A DNA stretch of 64,000 nucleotides from Acidobacteriota bacterium (GTDB lineage Bacteria > Acidobacteriota > UBA6911): assembly GCA_963664705.1 (NCBI GenBank), contig OY761556.1, positions 1,728,001 through 1,792,000 on the forward strand. The letters run 5' to 3'. Shown here one piece after another: positions 39,738 to 49,757 of this stretch (positions are counted from its first letter, which is position 1; every line of letters starts with the position of its first letter). The notes under the pieces were generated by a model that made no database searches, was not told where the DNA came from, and worked only from the letters and a program-made list of their open reading frames with translations. Position numbers and translations under genes: made by a program.

Positions 39738-41038
39738 TGAATCGACGCGTGCTGGCAATGGTGCTCGCCGGCGGAAAGGGCACTCGTCTGTTTCCTCTAA
39801 CGAAGGACAGGTCGAAGCCGGCCGTCCCATTTGGAGGGAAATACAGGATTGTCGATTTTGTTCTGAGCAACCTTGTCAATTCCGGCGTTTATTCAACGTA
39901 TGTTCTGACGCAATTCAAAAGCCAATCGCTGCTGCAGCATTTGCGAGATACCTGGCAGTTCGGAGGACTATTGCCCCATCAGTTTATAATACCGGTACCG
40001 GCGCAGATGCTGTCGCCGGATGAAACCTGGTATCAAGGGACGGCGGATGCGATCTTCCAGAACATTGATTTGATTAAGCGGGCAGAACCTGACCTGGTTC
40101 TGGTCTTCGGCGCGGATCATGTGTATCGAATGAACATCCGGGAGATGATTGAGTTTCACAATGAAAAGAAGGCGGATGTGACGGTCGCCGCCATTCCGAT
40201 GGCGAAGGAACTTGCATCGGAATTTGGGGTGATGGAGCTTGCGGAAGATGGCCGGATCATTGGTTTTCACGAGAAGAAGAACGATGCGCCGACAATCCCC
40301 GGTGAGCCGGAAAAGATCATGGCCTCCATGGGGAATTACATCTTTGCCTCCGACACTCTTCAACGGGAACTCCTGATGGATTCCGCCCGGGAGGACAGCA
40401 GTCACGATTTTGGCAAGGATATATTGCCCAGTCTTATCCATCGTGCCAATGTCTATGCTTATGATTTTAGAAACAACCGTATTCCCGGAGATCCGCAATC
40501 CGTCCTGCCCTACTGGCGGGATGTAGGAACTATTGATGCTTTTTACGAAGCCAACATGGACCTGAGAGCCATTACTCCTGATTTGAACCTGTACAATAAC
40601 CAATGGCCACTGGGACCGACGCGGGAAATGTATCCTCCGGCCAAGTTTGTTTTTGACCAGGAGGGGCGTCGCGGACATGCGATCGATTCCATTGTATCGA
40701 GCGGGTGTATTCTTTCAGGCGGATTTGTGCGAGGCTCCGTATTGGGCCGTGCCGTGAGAGTGCACTCCGGGGCGATCATAGAGGATTCAGTTATTTTCGA
40801 TAATTGCGATATTGGGAGGAATGCCCGAATCCGAAGAGCGATACTCGATAAAAACGTTCATGTGCCGGAAGGGGCCGCAATCGGATATGACCGGGAAAAG
40901 GATGGGCGTTTAAATAGCGTTTCCGATTCCGGCGTGGTAGTCGTGGAAGGGGAGCATTCCTCGGTCGAGGTCACTATACTTCAGTTGTCGCAGCCGGTTG
41001 AAAGGCGGAGGAAATCCGATGTGACCAAAGGTCAATAA
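39737..41038 (+). CDS. glgC: Glucose-1-phosphate adenylyltransferase
   Basis: LAGGKGTRL.PLT..RSKPAVPFGGKYR, WYQGTADA, ASMGNY, HDFGKD, YWRDVGT. Confidence 0.96.
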   Translation: MNRRVLAMVLAGGKGTRLFPLTKDRSKPAVPFGGKYRIVDFVLSNLVNSGVYSTYVLTQFKSQSLLQHLRDTWQFGGLLPHQFIIPVPAQMLSPDETWYQGTADAIFQNIDLIKRAEPDLVLVFGADHVYRMNIREMIEFHNEKKADVTVAAIPMAKELASEFGVMELAEDGRIIGFHEKKNDAPTIPGEPEKIMASMGNYIFASDTLQRELLMDSAREDSSHDFGKDILPSLIHRANVYAYDFRNNRIPGDPQSVLPYWRDVGTIDAFYEANMDLRAITPDLNLYNNQWPLGPTREMYPPAKFVFDQEGRRGHAIDSIVSSGCILSGGFVRGSVLGRAVRVHSGAIIEDSVIFDNCDIGRNARIRRAILDKNVHVPEGAAIGYDREKDGRLNSVSDSGVVVVEGEHSSVEVTILQLSQPVERRRKSDVTKGQ

Positions 41039-41165
41039 GGACCGGTTGCCTGGAAGTAATACATAAAGATTGGAAATCTCGGATTCGCAGTGGCGCAAGG
41101 CTCCTTACAGCAAGTGATGCTCCTGGCTGCTGCAGCCGATATGGAAGTGGAAGAACGGAGGACGG

Positions 41166-42260
41166 ATGACAGACAAATTGAGAAGAATCGGAATTTTAAC
41201 CGGCGGAGGCGATTGCCCGGGACTGAATGCGGTCATCCGCGCGGTTGTAAAGACCGCGGCCTACGATCATGGAATTGATGTAATCGGCATCGAAAATGGG
41301 TTTGAAGGGTTGATCCGCGACCGCTGTCGACCGCTCAGCACAGGCGATGTCAGCGGAATCCTTGCCCGCGGAGGCACGATCCTTGGAACAAGCAATAAGG
41401 ACAATCCATTTCGAGTGCCCATTCGCGAAAATGGCGAAACTGTTTATCGGGATCTTTCAGAAGAGGCGATACGCATTGCCAAAAGACATGGGATTCAGCT
41501 GCTGATTACGGTTGGAGGAGATGGCAGCCTTTCTATTGCCCGGGATCTTGGCAGCCGCGGGCTTAAGGTCATCGGCGTTCCAAAGACAATCGATAATGAC
41601 CTTGATGCCACGGATGTGACATTTGGTTTTGATTCAGCTCTGGCGGTCGCAACCGAAGCGATTGATCGGCTGCATACCACGGCCCAGAGTCATCAGCGAA
41701 TTATGGTCATTGAGGTAATGGGACGTTACGCGGGATGGATTGCGCTTCAGGCCGGACTGGCCGGGGGAGCGGATGCCATCCTTATTCCGGAAATCCCATT
41801 CCAGATTGAGAAGGTCGCAGAATCGATTGGCGATCGCATCTATAGCGGGCGTTCGTTTGCCATTGTCGTGGTTGCCGAAGGCGCTGCCCCGGCCGGTGGA
41901 AGCATGAGCGTGCGGGATATGATTGCGGATTCCCCGGATCCTGTCCGCTTGGGCGGAATTGGGAACATTGTAGCCGGTCAATTGGAGAAACTGCTGGATC
42001 GGGAAACGCGCACTACGGTTCTCGGACATGTTCAACGAGGAGGCATTCCAACTCCGACGGATAGGATGCTGGGGACTCGCTTTGGCGCGCATGCGGTAAA
42101 GGCCGCAGTGGCGGGGGAAAATGAAGTGATGGTCCGGTTGCGCGGCCAAGTTGTGGAAACCGTTCCACTTTCAGAAGCAGTGGCCAAACTCCGCAGAGTC
42201 GACCCTGAAGGTGAATTGGTGCGCACGGCGCGAAGTCTCCACACCACATTCGGAATTTGA
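41166..42260 (+). CDS. pfkA: 6-phosphofructokinase (PfkA family, GGDG/PKTIDND type)
   Basis: TGGGDCPGLN, GGTILGTS, GGDGS, PKTIDND, EVMGR, LGHVQRGG. Confidence 0.92.
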   Translation: MTDKLRRIGILTGGGDCPGLNAVIRAVVKTAAYDHGIDVIGIENGFEGLIRDRCRPLSTGDVSGILARGGTILGTSNKDNPFRVPIRENGETVYRDLSEEAIRIAKRHGIQLLITVGGDGSLSIARDLGSRGLKVIGVPKTIDNDLDATDVTFGFDSALAVATEAIDRLHTTAQSHQRIMVIEVMGRYAGWIALQAGLAGGADAILIPEIPFQIEKVAESIGDRIYSGRSFAIVVVAEGAAPAGGSMSVRDMIADSPDPVRLGGIGNIVAGQLEKLLDRETRTTVLGHVQRGGIPTPTDRMLGTRFGAHAVKAAVAGENEVMVRLRGQVVETVPLSEAVAKLRRVDPEGELVRTARSLHTTFGI

Positions 42261-42269
42261 TCTGGAAGC

Positions 42270-42336
42270 GCCGCCGTCCCTGTTAATGCCATTTGCAATT
42301 ACAAAAAAGGCAAATGGCATTAACAGGGACGGCGGC
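42270..42336. repeat. 27-bp perfect inverted repeat (REP/REPIN-like or terminator)
   Basis: GCCGCCGTCCCTGTTAATGCCATTTGC-N13-GCAAATGGCATTAACAGGGACGGCGGC. Confidence 0.85.
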
Positions 42337-42743
42337 AGCGGCGCAATGAAAGTAGTCAGGCTGAGATGCCGGCGATCCCAAGGGCCACCTCCTGGTGTCG
42401 CATTCCGCAAATACAAATTACCGCAATAGTCAAATCCCAGTTTAGATTCCGTTCCCTTCCTGCTCCGACAAATCTTGACTCCAGAGCACCTGGATAGTTT
42501 TTCCAAACCAATTGTTGCGACCTTTTCCTGAGGCGGCGCCATTCGCGTATGGAATGGCTTGCGGATCAATGCCGGTAGTGTACACCGTCCCTAAGGCGTG
42601 CATGGACGTTGCTTTTCACGGAGGGTTGCGTAAGAATGCTGCAGGTCGCTTTTGTCTGCGATAGGAGTTTGGTCCAGGCGGATACCATTGTCGGCAATTA
42701 ATTCCAATATCCTTTTAGGACATTCAAATTTGGGGGAGGTTTT

Positions 42744-43571
42744 ATGATTCGCGCATTGGTAAGTATCGCTCTTTTGCTATGCAGCACGGCAGTGGTTCGC
42801 GCCCAGTGTACGCGTTCAATGCTCCAGGCGGCTGCAGACAGCTATATCGCGGCACAAAAGGCCGGCAATATCTCCAAGATGTCACTCGCGCCCAAAGTAA
42901 AGTTCATTGAAAACATGTCGGATACGACAAAGGAAAAAGGATTATGGAATACAGCGCTTCCGATTGCTTTACATCGGAGTATCTATGACGCTGCGCGCTG
43001 CAAGACCTTCAGTGAGGTAATTGTCACTGGAGGCGGGCATCCATATGTCATCGGGACGCGTTTGACCGTAAAAGACGGAGCCATTACGGAGATCGATAGC
43101 CTTGTTACGGACAAAGATGACTGGTTGTTTAATGCAGAGGACTATCTGAAATACTCATCCGCCGAAGATTGGCCGGTCCTGGCCGTGGATGATCGCGTCA
43201 GCCGGCAGGATCTTGTGGATGCTGCCAACCAATACTTTGATTTTGTATTTCTGGACCGGTTTATTCGACCACCATGGGGAACTCCATGCGCGCGGCTGGA
43301 GGGTGGCGCCTATACAAATGCCAAGAACGAGTCCAAGGATACCTGCCAGATACCGGCTCCATTAGGCAACATGTATGTCATTAACCGCAGCTACATTGTG
43401 GACGAGGAAATGGGTACCGTAAATGTTTTCTGCCGGTTCGGTGGGGACGCCGGTATGCCTGATTCCCATACATTCAGACTGGTGAATGGCCGGTATCGTT
43501 GGATCCACACCCTGAGTGTCAATCTGACCGGAAAACCTGTGGTTGTTCCCAAGTTCGAGCCGGAAAAATAG
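42744..43571 (+). CDS. Secreted protein of unknown function
   Basis: Signal peptide (..VVRA/QC); GGAGG RBS; several Cys; PCARLEGG and DSHTFR motifs. Confidence 0.8.
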   Translation: MIRALVSIALLLCSTAVVRAQCTRSMLQAAADSYIAAQKAGNISKMSLAPKVKFIENMSDTTKEKGLWNTALPIALHRSIYDAARCKTFSEVIVTGGGHPYVIGTRLTVKDGAITEIDSLVTDKDDWLFNAEDYLKYSSAEDWPVLAVDDRVSRQDLVDAANQYFDFVFLDRFIRPPWGTPCARLEGGAYTNAKNESKDTCQIPAPLGNMYVINRSYIVDEEMGTVNVFCRFGGDAGMPDSHTFRLVNGRYRWIHTLSVNLTGKPVVVPKFEPEK

Positions 43572-43904
43572 AAATTCTAGGGCAAAGCGTGGAATTCGTG
43601 GCGGAACTGCGGTCACGGATTTAGCACAAGCGAAGCGTAATTTGTGGCATAGCTTTTGGACATTTGGAGTAGAATGGATGCCATTAACCATCTGTTCTTA
43701 ACGGCGGCTGTCAACACCTTGATTCTCGACAGGGTGTTTCGGATAGAATACGTGAGAGCTATTCGGAAGCCGGACTCACAATTTGCATTCCTGGAATTAT
43801 CGTCGCGGGCAAACTGTACTTGTCCTGATTGCGATCATTGTTGGTGCTGAGGTTGGTAGTCCGATAGAAATCTGGATGCCGAAGTCTGGTATGGAGGTGT
43901 CTCC

Positions 43905-44933
43905 ATGAAAGAACAGGTTCTATTTGTGGACGACGACGGGCTCATTCTTCAAGCCATGAAGCGTGCTTTTCGACAGGATGTGGATCTGGCGGTTCTAACC
44001 GCATCCAATGCACGCGAAGCAATGCAGATCATAAGGGAAACAGAGATTCCGGTCATTGTCTCGGATCAGGATATGCCGGGGATGAGCGGTATCGAATTCC
44101 TGGAATGGGCCAAGAGGGCGAGGCCTGACAGTATTCGTATTTTGCTTACCGGGTTTGCGGATTTTGGCGTCGCCATCAATTCAATTAATCGATGCGAGGT
44201 ATACCGGTTTATCGCCAAGCCGTGGAACACAAAAGAACTTAGAGCTACGGTAAGAGAGGCGCTGCAGAAATACCGGGTTATTGCGTGTTTGAAATCCGGT
44301 CATGAATCAAAGCTCCTTTCGCTCGTTCGAACCATTGAACTGAAGGACCCCTATACGAGAGGGCATTCTGAAAGAGTGGCCGAGTATTCAATCCAGCTGG
44401 CGGATGCCATGGGACTGTCGCCGGAAGAGAAGTCGAATCTTCGATTTGGTGGCTTCATTCACGATATTGGCAAAATTGGTATTTCTGAGACTATTCTCAA
44501 TAAGAGAGAAGCGCTGACAACGGAGGAGCGGGAGATCATCAAGCAGCATTCGCGCTGGAGTGGAGAGGTCGCGGAAATGGCGGGATTACATCCTGGAATC
44601 GTGAATGTTGCGCTATATCATCACGAAAGATTTGATGGCAAAGGCTATCCCGGCGGGCTTGCCGGAAATGAAATCCCGGTTTTGGCACGCATTGCCAGTA
44701 TTGCGGATGTTTACGACGCTATGGCGCTGGATCGGCCTTATCGGAAAGGGATGGATCATGCCGCCCTCCTTGAATATCTGAAGAGCGAACGCCATCAGGC
44801 CTTTGATCCGGAAATTGCTGATCTCTTTATTGCAGAGATGAAAAAGAGAAGAAAAGGTAAAGTCATCCTCGCGCGCCCAAAAGGAAGAGAATCCAGAAAC
44901 GTTGTGCGGAAGACTGCAGCCGGACAGTGGTAA
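43905..44933 (+). CDS. Response regulator with HD-GYP phosphodiesterase domain
   Basis: FVDDD/SDQDMP/AKPW receiver; KDPYTRGHSERV, HDIGK, HHERFDGKGYP, ADVYDA. Confidence 0.92.
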   Translation: MKEQVLFVDDDGLILQAMKRAFRQDVDLAVLTASNAREAMQIIRETEIPVIVSDQDMPGMSGIEFLEWAKRARPDSIRILLTGFADFGVAINSINRCEVYRFIAKPWNTKELRATVREALQKYRVIACLKSGHESKLLSLVRTIELKDPYTRGHSERVAEYSIQLADAMGLSPEEKSNLRFGGFIHDIGKIGISETILNKREALTTEEREIIKQHSRWSGEVAEMAGLHPGIVNVALYHHERFDGKGYPGGLAGNEIPVLARIASIADVYDAMALDRPYRKGMDHAALLEYLKSERHQAFDPEIADLFIAEMKKRRKGKVILARPKGRESRNVVRKTAAGQW

Positions 44934-44986
44934 CAGGTTAGAGGAGACATGCCAGTTCGCGTGCAGGATGCATTCGAGCGCAATGC

Positions 44987-46762
44987 CTATTGCAAATCCT
45001 GCTTGGTTCTGCTGAAGATCTTGCGTCCGCGAAAATAGGTAGCAAGCACAAAGGTCTGGTGCGGATCGCCAATCATTTTTGGCGGAGTCCGGAGAATATC
45101 CCTGTTCAAGATAACGAAGTCCGCTGATTTCCCAGCCTCAATCGATCCCGAAATATTGTCAAGCGACATCGACTTCGCACCATTGATGGTGAAGCTGTCC
45201 ATCATTTGTTCAAGGGTGCATCGCTCCCTGGGCCAGAGCACCTCTTTGCCGCTCGATCCTTCCTGGTACCAGCGAAGCACGCCGGTTTCAATGCCGATGA
45301 GCGGGTTTGGGGGAAGGGTGACGGGATAATCGCTGGAGGAAGCTACCAGGACTCCATTTTTAAGAAAGCTATGCATCGGATACTCCCGGTCAGCCCGAAG
45401 TTTTCCCAGATAGGGGACTTGTATATTCCAGAAGTAGTATTTGTCGATGACAAACCAGTAGGGCTGAACAACGGCAATAGTGCCAAGCTTCTCAAATCGT
45501 AGAATATCCTCGGGGGCAACCAGCTGCAAATGCGTGATCGACGGCGGTATTGCCGGATTGCCTGCCGCGTTTTGGGCAGCCGCGATTGCATCCAGCGCCA
45601 TGCGCACTGCCGCGTCTCCAATGGCATGATAATGAAGGCCAAAACCCGCTTTCGCCGCTGCGGTGGATGCAGAGTTCAAGGCAGCGGAAGGCCACATCGG
45701 CATGCCGCGGTACCCGGGTTGCCCGTTATATTTTGCTGCATCTGTATAGGGGTGGAGCAAGTACCCGGTATGACCTTCGATAACACCATCGACAAAAAAC
45801 TTTGCGGAAGAAACCTGAAAGAGGGGATTTGCATATTTTGCACGTTCTGATGCCGCTGCCTGTATTTGTTGGGCAAGCGGCTCTTCGGGGCTGATCACTG
45901 CAGCGGTCCGAATACGCATGGAAAGCTTGCCGGATCTTGCGAGGCTTGCAAAGGCAGCCATTTGTGGCCCGCCGAGTGGAAGCCCCGGAACGAATATCTG
46001 GGTGATGCCCAAAGGCCCTGCCACCGTTTTCTGAAAATATACAATGGCGTCTTCATATTGCTGCTGCGTGTAGGCGGGAATTACATTATTAACAAGACTC
46101 ATGGCTTCTTCGCGAAGCGTTCCTGCGGGTATGCCATTCGGCAGCCGCTCTATCTTCCCATTTTGAGGATCCTTGGTGCTTTTTGTGATGTGCGCCAGTT
46201 CCAGAGCCTTGCTGTTGATCCAAACCGAATGGCCATCCTGGGAGCGAAGAACCACGGGTTTGGCAGGAATGATCCGGTCCAGATCCGATGCCAGAGGCCC
46301 GATTCCCGGTGCGACTCCGTTAACCCAGCCCATACCGCGATACCCGCGCAGGCCGGGAAACGCTTTAGCAAAGTCACCAATTTGTCGCAGATAGTCCTTC
46401 AATGTTGCATTGATTACATCTGTAAAGGAAATTTCGTAGAGTGCCTGGATGCCACCCTGATCAAGGTGGGCGTGGGCATCGGTAAACGCCGGCATCAACA
46501 GTCTTGATTTCAGATTGATCTGAATGGTTTTGGGGCCGATGTAAGATTGAGCCCGGGAGTCGTTCCCGACAAAAACAATTTTGTCGTCCCGGATGGCAAC
46601 AGCCTGGGCAATGGCATGTGCCTTGTCTGCGGTATAAATGACTCCATTGAAAAAGATCGTATCGGCTGGGGCCGGAGTTCCGGCCAGGCCGCATTGCGCT
46701 ATTACAAATAAAAGCAGGGCAGCGAAAGCCCGATTTGCGAATGTGTATTGCCCTTGCCTCAC
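44987..46762 (-). CDS. Secreted YtcJ-like amidohydrolase (amidohydro_3)
   Basis: DAHAH, DGHSVW.NS, KFFVDG, HAIGD, SSDYP, GSIEAGKSAD; signal peptide. Confidence 0.87.
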   Translation of the reverse strand: MRQGQYTFANRAFAALLLFVIAQCGLAGTPAPADTIFFNGVIYTADKAHAIAQAVAIRDDKIVFVGNDSRAQSYIGPKTIQINLKSRLLMPAFTDAHAHLDQGGIQALYEISFTDVINATLKDYLRQIGDFAKAFPGLRGYRGMGWVNGVAPGIGPLASDLDRIIPAKPVVLRSQDGHSVWINSKALELAHITKSTKDPQNGKIERLPNGIPAGTLREEAMSLVNNVIPAYTQQQYEDAIVYFQKTVAGPLGITQIFVPGLPLGGPQMAAFASLARSGKLSMRIRTAAVISPEEPLAQQIQAAASERAKYANPLFQVSSAKFFVDGVIEGHTGYLLHPYTDAAKYNGQPGYRGMPMWPSAALNSASTAAAKAGFGLHYHAIGDAAVRMALDAIAAAQNAAGNPAIPPSITHLQLVAPEDILRFEKLGTIAVVQPYWFVIDKYYFWNIQVPYLGKLRADREYPMHSFLKNGVLVASSSDYPVTLPPNPLIGIETGVLRWYQEGSSGKEVLWPRERCTLEQMMDSFTINGAKSMSLDNISGSIEAGKSADFVILNRDILRTPPKMIGDPHQTFVLATYFRGRKIFSRTKQDLQ

Positions 46763-46775
46763 TAAATATCCTTCG

Positions 46776-46817
46776 GAAAATTCAATATCGAGGTCCGACC
46801 CCCGATATTGAATTTTC
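46776..46817. repeat. 15-bp perfect inverted repeat
   Basis: GAAAATTCAATATCG-AGGTCCGACCCC-CGATATTGAATTTTC. Confidence 0.8.
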
Positions 46818-46834
46818 AGGTGAAAATCGGTGGA

Positions 46835-46874
46835 GGAGCGGGAGGTGCCCGATGGTCCATCGCACTCCCGTTCC
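46835..46874 (-). terminator. Imperfect hairpin immediately after the SDR stop
   Basis: GGAGCGGGAG..TGC..GATGG pairs with CCATC GCACTCCCGTTCC. Confidence 0.45.
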
Positions 46875-46877
46875 GGC

Positions 46878-47696
46878 TTAGCGGAATTGATTGCTTTCCT
46901 CGGAGGAAATGAATGTCGACTCAGTGGTCAGCATAGGCTGTCCACCAGCTACACACATAACCTGTCCGGTAACATAGGAGGAAAGCTCCGAAGCAAAAAA
47001 CAAAGCAGGGCCCGCGATATCTTCCGGAGTACCCATTCTTCCCAACGGCACTTCCTTCTTTGCCAATGCGGCGAAAAAGGCTTTCTTCTGCTCCGGGGTC
47101 ATACCCTTGGATAGTGGATCCCAGAAAGGCGTTTCAATCGGGCCCGGAACAATACAATTGGCGTAGATATTGAAAGGGGCAAGTTCGAACGCGAGGTTTT
47201 TAACAAGCCCGATGATTCCAGCCTTGGCAGAATGATAGGCTAAAACTGAGACGGATGGGCGAACGGCACCCATGGATGAGATGAAGATCAATTTGCCATA
47301 TCGCTGCTTTTTCATATAGGGCACGGCCGCCTTGCATGCCAGGAATGCGCCTTTGAGATTCAGCGCCAGCACATAATCCCATTCGTCTTCATCGGAAGCC
47401 TCCAGGCTGCCGCCTCCGGCGGCACCCGCGTTGTTGACCAGGATGTCGATTTTGCCGAACTTCTTAATGGACTGATCAATCAAGGACTTGATCTCGTTGC
47501 TTTTGGACATGTCTGCCTTGATCGCAATAGCCTGCCGTCCCGCGGATTTAATCTCATCCACAACGGTTTGTGCCTGATCCATTTTGATATCCGCGACCAC
47601 GATGTCGCATCCTTCGCGTGCGAATTTCAGGGCCATGGCCTTGCCCATTCCGTTGGCACTGCCGGTGATTACCGCCACTCTGTTATCAAGTAACAA
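46878..47696 (-). CDS. Short-chain dehydrogenase/reductase
   Basis: TGSANGMG, NNAG, YHSAK, PGP; TTG start. Confidence 0.92.
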   Translation of the reverse strand: MLLDNRVAVITGSANGMGKAMALKFAREGCDIVVADIKMDQAQTVVDEIKSAGRQAIAIKADMSKSNEIKSLIDQSIKKFGKIDILVNNAGAAGGGSLEASDEDEWDYVLALNLKGAFLACKAAVPYMKKQRYGKLIFISSMGAVRPSVSVLAYHSAKAGIIGLVKNLAFELAPFNIYANCIVPGPIETPFWDPLSKGMTPEQKKAFFAALAKKEVPLGRMGTPEDIAGPALFFASELSSYVTGQVMCVAGGQPMLTTESTFISSEESNQFR

Positions 47697-48081
47697 GTTG
47701 AATGCCTCCGTGTTCTGGAAATGCCGGGATGTCGATCCCGGGAAAGTGACGACAGAATATATGATTTATAAAATAAAAGAAGCGAAAACCTCGACAACAC
47801 GCTTCAACATTCCGGAAATACTCATCAGGCGCTTTTGCGCTCAAACCACAATGATCGCGCGAGAGCTTTGAGGTTTTATCGCATCGAATGGATGGTACGA
47901 CTCTATGGATCCATAATGGCCGGCTATCCTGCCGCCAAATGCAAGATCCTGAGAATCAGTCGAGATCACAGCGAAAAAGTATGATGTCGTTTTGGATTTC
48001 TGTGATAAATACAGGCCGGACGACTCAATTAAGCATCTGTTTAAGACAACCGAAGGGCTGGACCTCCCTTGCGCAGCGGAT

Positions 48082-48097
48082 TGCATTTGCAAATGCA
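48082..48097. promoter_or_regulatory. 16-bp perfect palindrome in a divergent promoter region, possible operator
   Basis: TGCATTTGCAAATGCA, about 100 bp upstream of the ALDH start. Confidence 0.4.
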
Positions 48098-48198
48098 GCG
48101 CATGGAAAAGTTCAGGGATACGCCAGTGGAATGCCCTGAAAAGGGCAAATCAAAACCAGGTTGTGAAGCCATGGGTATTGTCCGGCCAAGGAGAGACA

Positions 48199-49665
48199 AT
48201 GGAAAGATATAAAATGTGGATAGGTGGCCAGTGGGTGGACGCCGAATCAGGCAAGACATTCCGCACGTACAACCCGGCAAACGGGGAGGAGGTTGCGGAA
48301 GTTCCGCTGGGCAACAGGACAGATGTAGATAAGGCTGTTGCGGCCGCGCGAAAGGCATTTCCGGCATGGTCCAGGCGGACCCAAGAGGAGCGATCGGAGT
48401 GGGTTCTAAAGATCGCCGAAAAGATCAAAGAGCATAAAGAGGAGCTGGTGCAATATGAGATAAGAGAACACGGTGCAACAGCGCGGCATGCTCCCATGAT
48501 GATTACTTTTGCCACCAAGAATATCGAACTCGCTGCTGCCGGTGCCCGAGTTCACATGGGTAAGGTTCTGCCGGCAACGCCCAGCAAAGGCGCTGCTCCC
48601 GGCACATCCAATACTCTATGCTATTTGAAATACGAACCCTACGGCGTATGCGCGCTCATCACCCCCTGGAACGTACCCACATTACTGCTTGCCACCAAGA
48701 TCGGTCCATGTCTCGCGACCGGTAATACCTGCGTCGTCAAACCTCCAAGCATCAACTCGGGCATCGGCCTGAGACTTGCGGAGATTATCAGCGAGGTCGG
48801 ATTGCCGGAAGGCATCATCAATTTTGTCACCGGTCCAGGGAGCAAAATCGGCAATGATCTTTCCTCTCATCCGGGTATTGATTTCATCAGTTTTACCGGA
48901 AGCTCTGAGGTCGGTAAAACCATCATTGCCAATTCAAGCCAGACGGTTAAGACGCTCATGATGGAATTAGGCGGCAAGAATCCGGCTATTATCCTCGAGG
49001 ACGCCGATGTCGATGCCGCGGCTGAAGAGCTCTGCATGATCACCTTCGAAAATGTTGGGCAAAATTGCGCCCAGCCATCGCGGTTCTATGTACACGCAAA
49101 GGTTCACGACAGATTTGTTGAGAAGTTTGTTGCCACGGCAAACAGTATCAAGATCGGGGATCCGACGGACGAGGAAACGGTCATGGGGCCTGTGGTCAGC
49201 CAGGAACAACGCGATACCATTGAGCGCTATATAAAATCCGCGCTGGATGAGGGGGCAAAACTGGTATGCGGCGGAAAACGGCCAATGGGGCCGATTTTCG
49301 ACAAAGGCTTCTATCTGTCGCCCACGGTTTTTACGGATCTGACTCCCAATATGACCATTGCTCGTGAGGAAGTGTTTGGGCCGGTTGTGGGAATTTTTAG
49401 TTTTTCCTCCGATGAAAAGGTTCTGGAAGCAGCCAACGACAGTGTTTTCGGGCTGTGCGCCTCAGTTTGGACAAGGGACTATGCCCGCGGTATCAAGTTT
49501 GTAAATGAATTGCAGGCCGGTTCGGTTTGGATCAACCAGCATATGAATCTGGTCGCGGAAACTCCCTGGGGGGGATTCAAGGAGAGCGGTCTGATGAAGG
49601 AGGGGGGCGTCCTGGGGGCGGAGGGATATACGCAGCTGAAGTATGTGGTGATTAAGCATTGCTAG
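48199..49665 (+). CDS. Aldehyde dehydrogenase
   Basis: ITPWN, KP, FTGS, ELGGKN, GQNC (catalytic Cys), EEVFGP, PWGGFKESG; AAGGAG RBS. Confidence 0.94.
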   Translation: MERYKMWIGGQWVDAESGKTFRTYNPANGEEVAEVPLGNRTDVDKAVAAARKAFPAWSRRTQEERSEWVLKIAEKIKEHKEELVQYEIREHGATARHAPMMITFATKNIELAAAGARVHMGKVLPATPSKGAAPGTSNTLCYLKYEPYGVCALITPWNVPTLLLATKIGPCLATGNTCVVKPPSINSGIGLRLAEIISEVGLPEGIINFVTGPGSKIGNDLSSHPGIDFISFTGSSEVGKTIIANSSQTVKTLMMELGGKNPAIILEDADVDAAAEELCMITFENVGQNCAQPSRFYVHAKVHDRFVEKFVATANSIKIGDPTDEETVMGPVVSQEQRDTIERYIKSALDEGAKLVCGGKRPMGPIFDKGFYLSPTVFTDLTPNMTIAREEVFGPVVGIFSFSSDEKVLEAANDSVFGLCASVWTRDYARGIKFVNELQAGSVWINQHMNLVAETPWGGFKESGLMKEGGVLGAEGYTQLKYVVIKHC

Positions 49666-49757
49666 TTCTGTAATGCGGGTTCCTTCCTCTTTTGCCAAGC
49701 TGAATTCGGGAACCCGCTTCGGAATGGGCGCTTCAGTCAACAGACAAACACTTATCT

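Noticed and set aside
42171-42569. ORFs with a repeated-looking peptide spanning the palindrome
   Set aside because: Artefact of translating the inverted repeat on both strands.
47992-48198. Cys-rich N-terminal extension of the ALDH in the ORF track
   Set aside because: The true start is 48199 (AAGGAG RBS, family N-terminus); the extension is promoter DNA.
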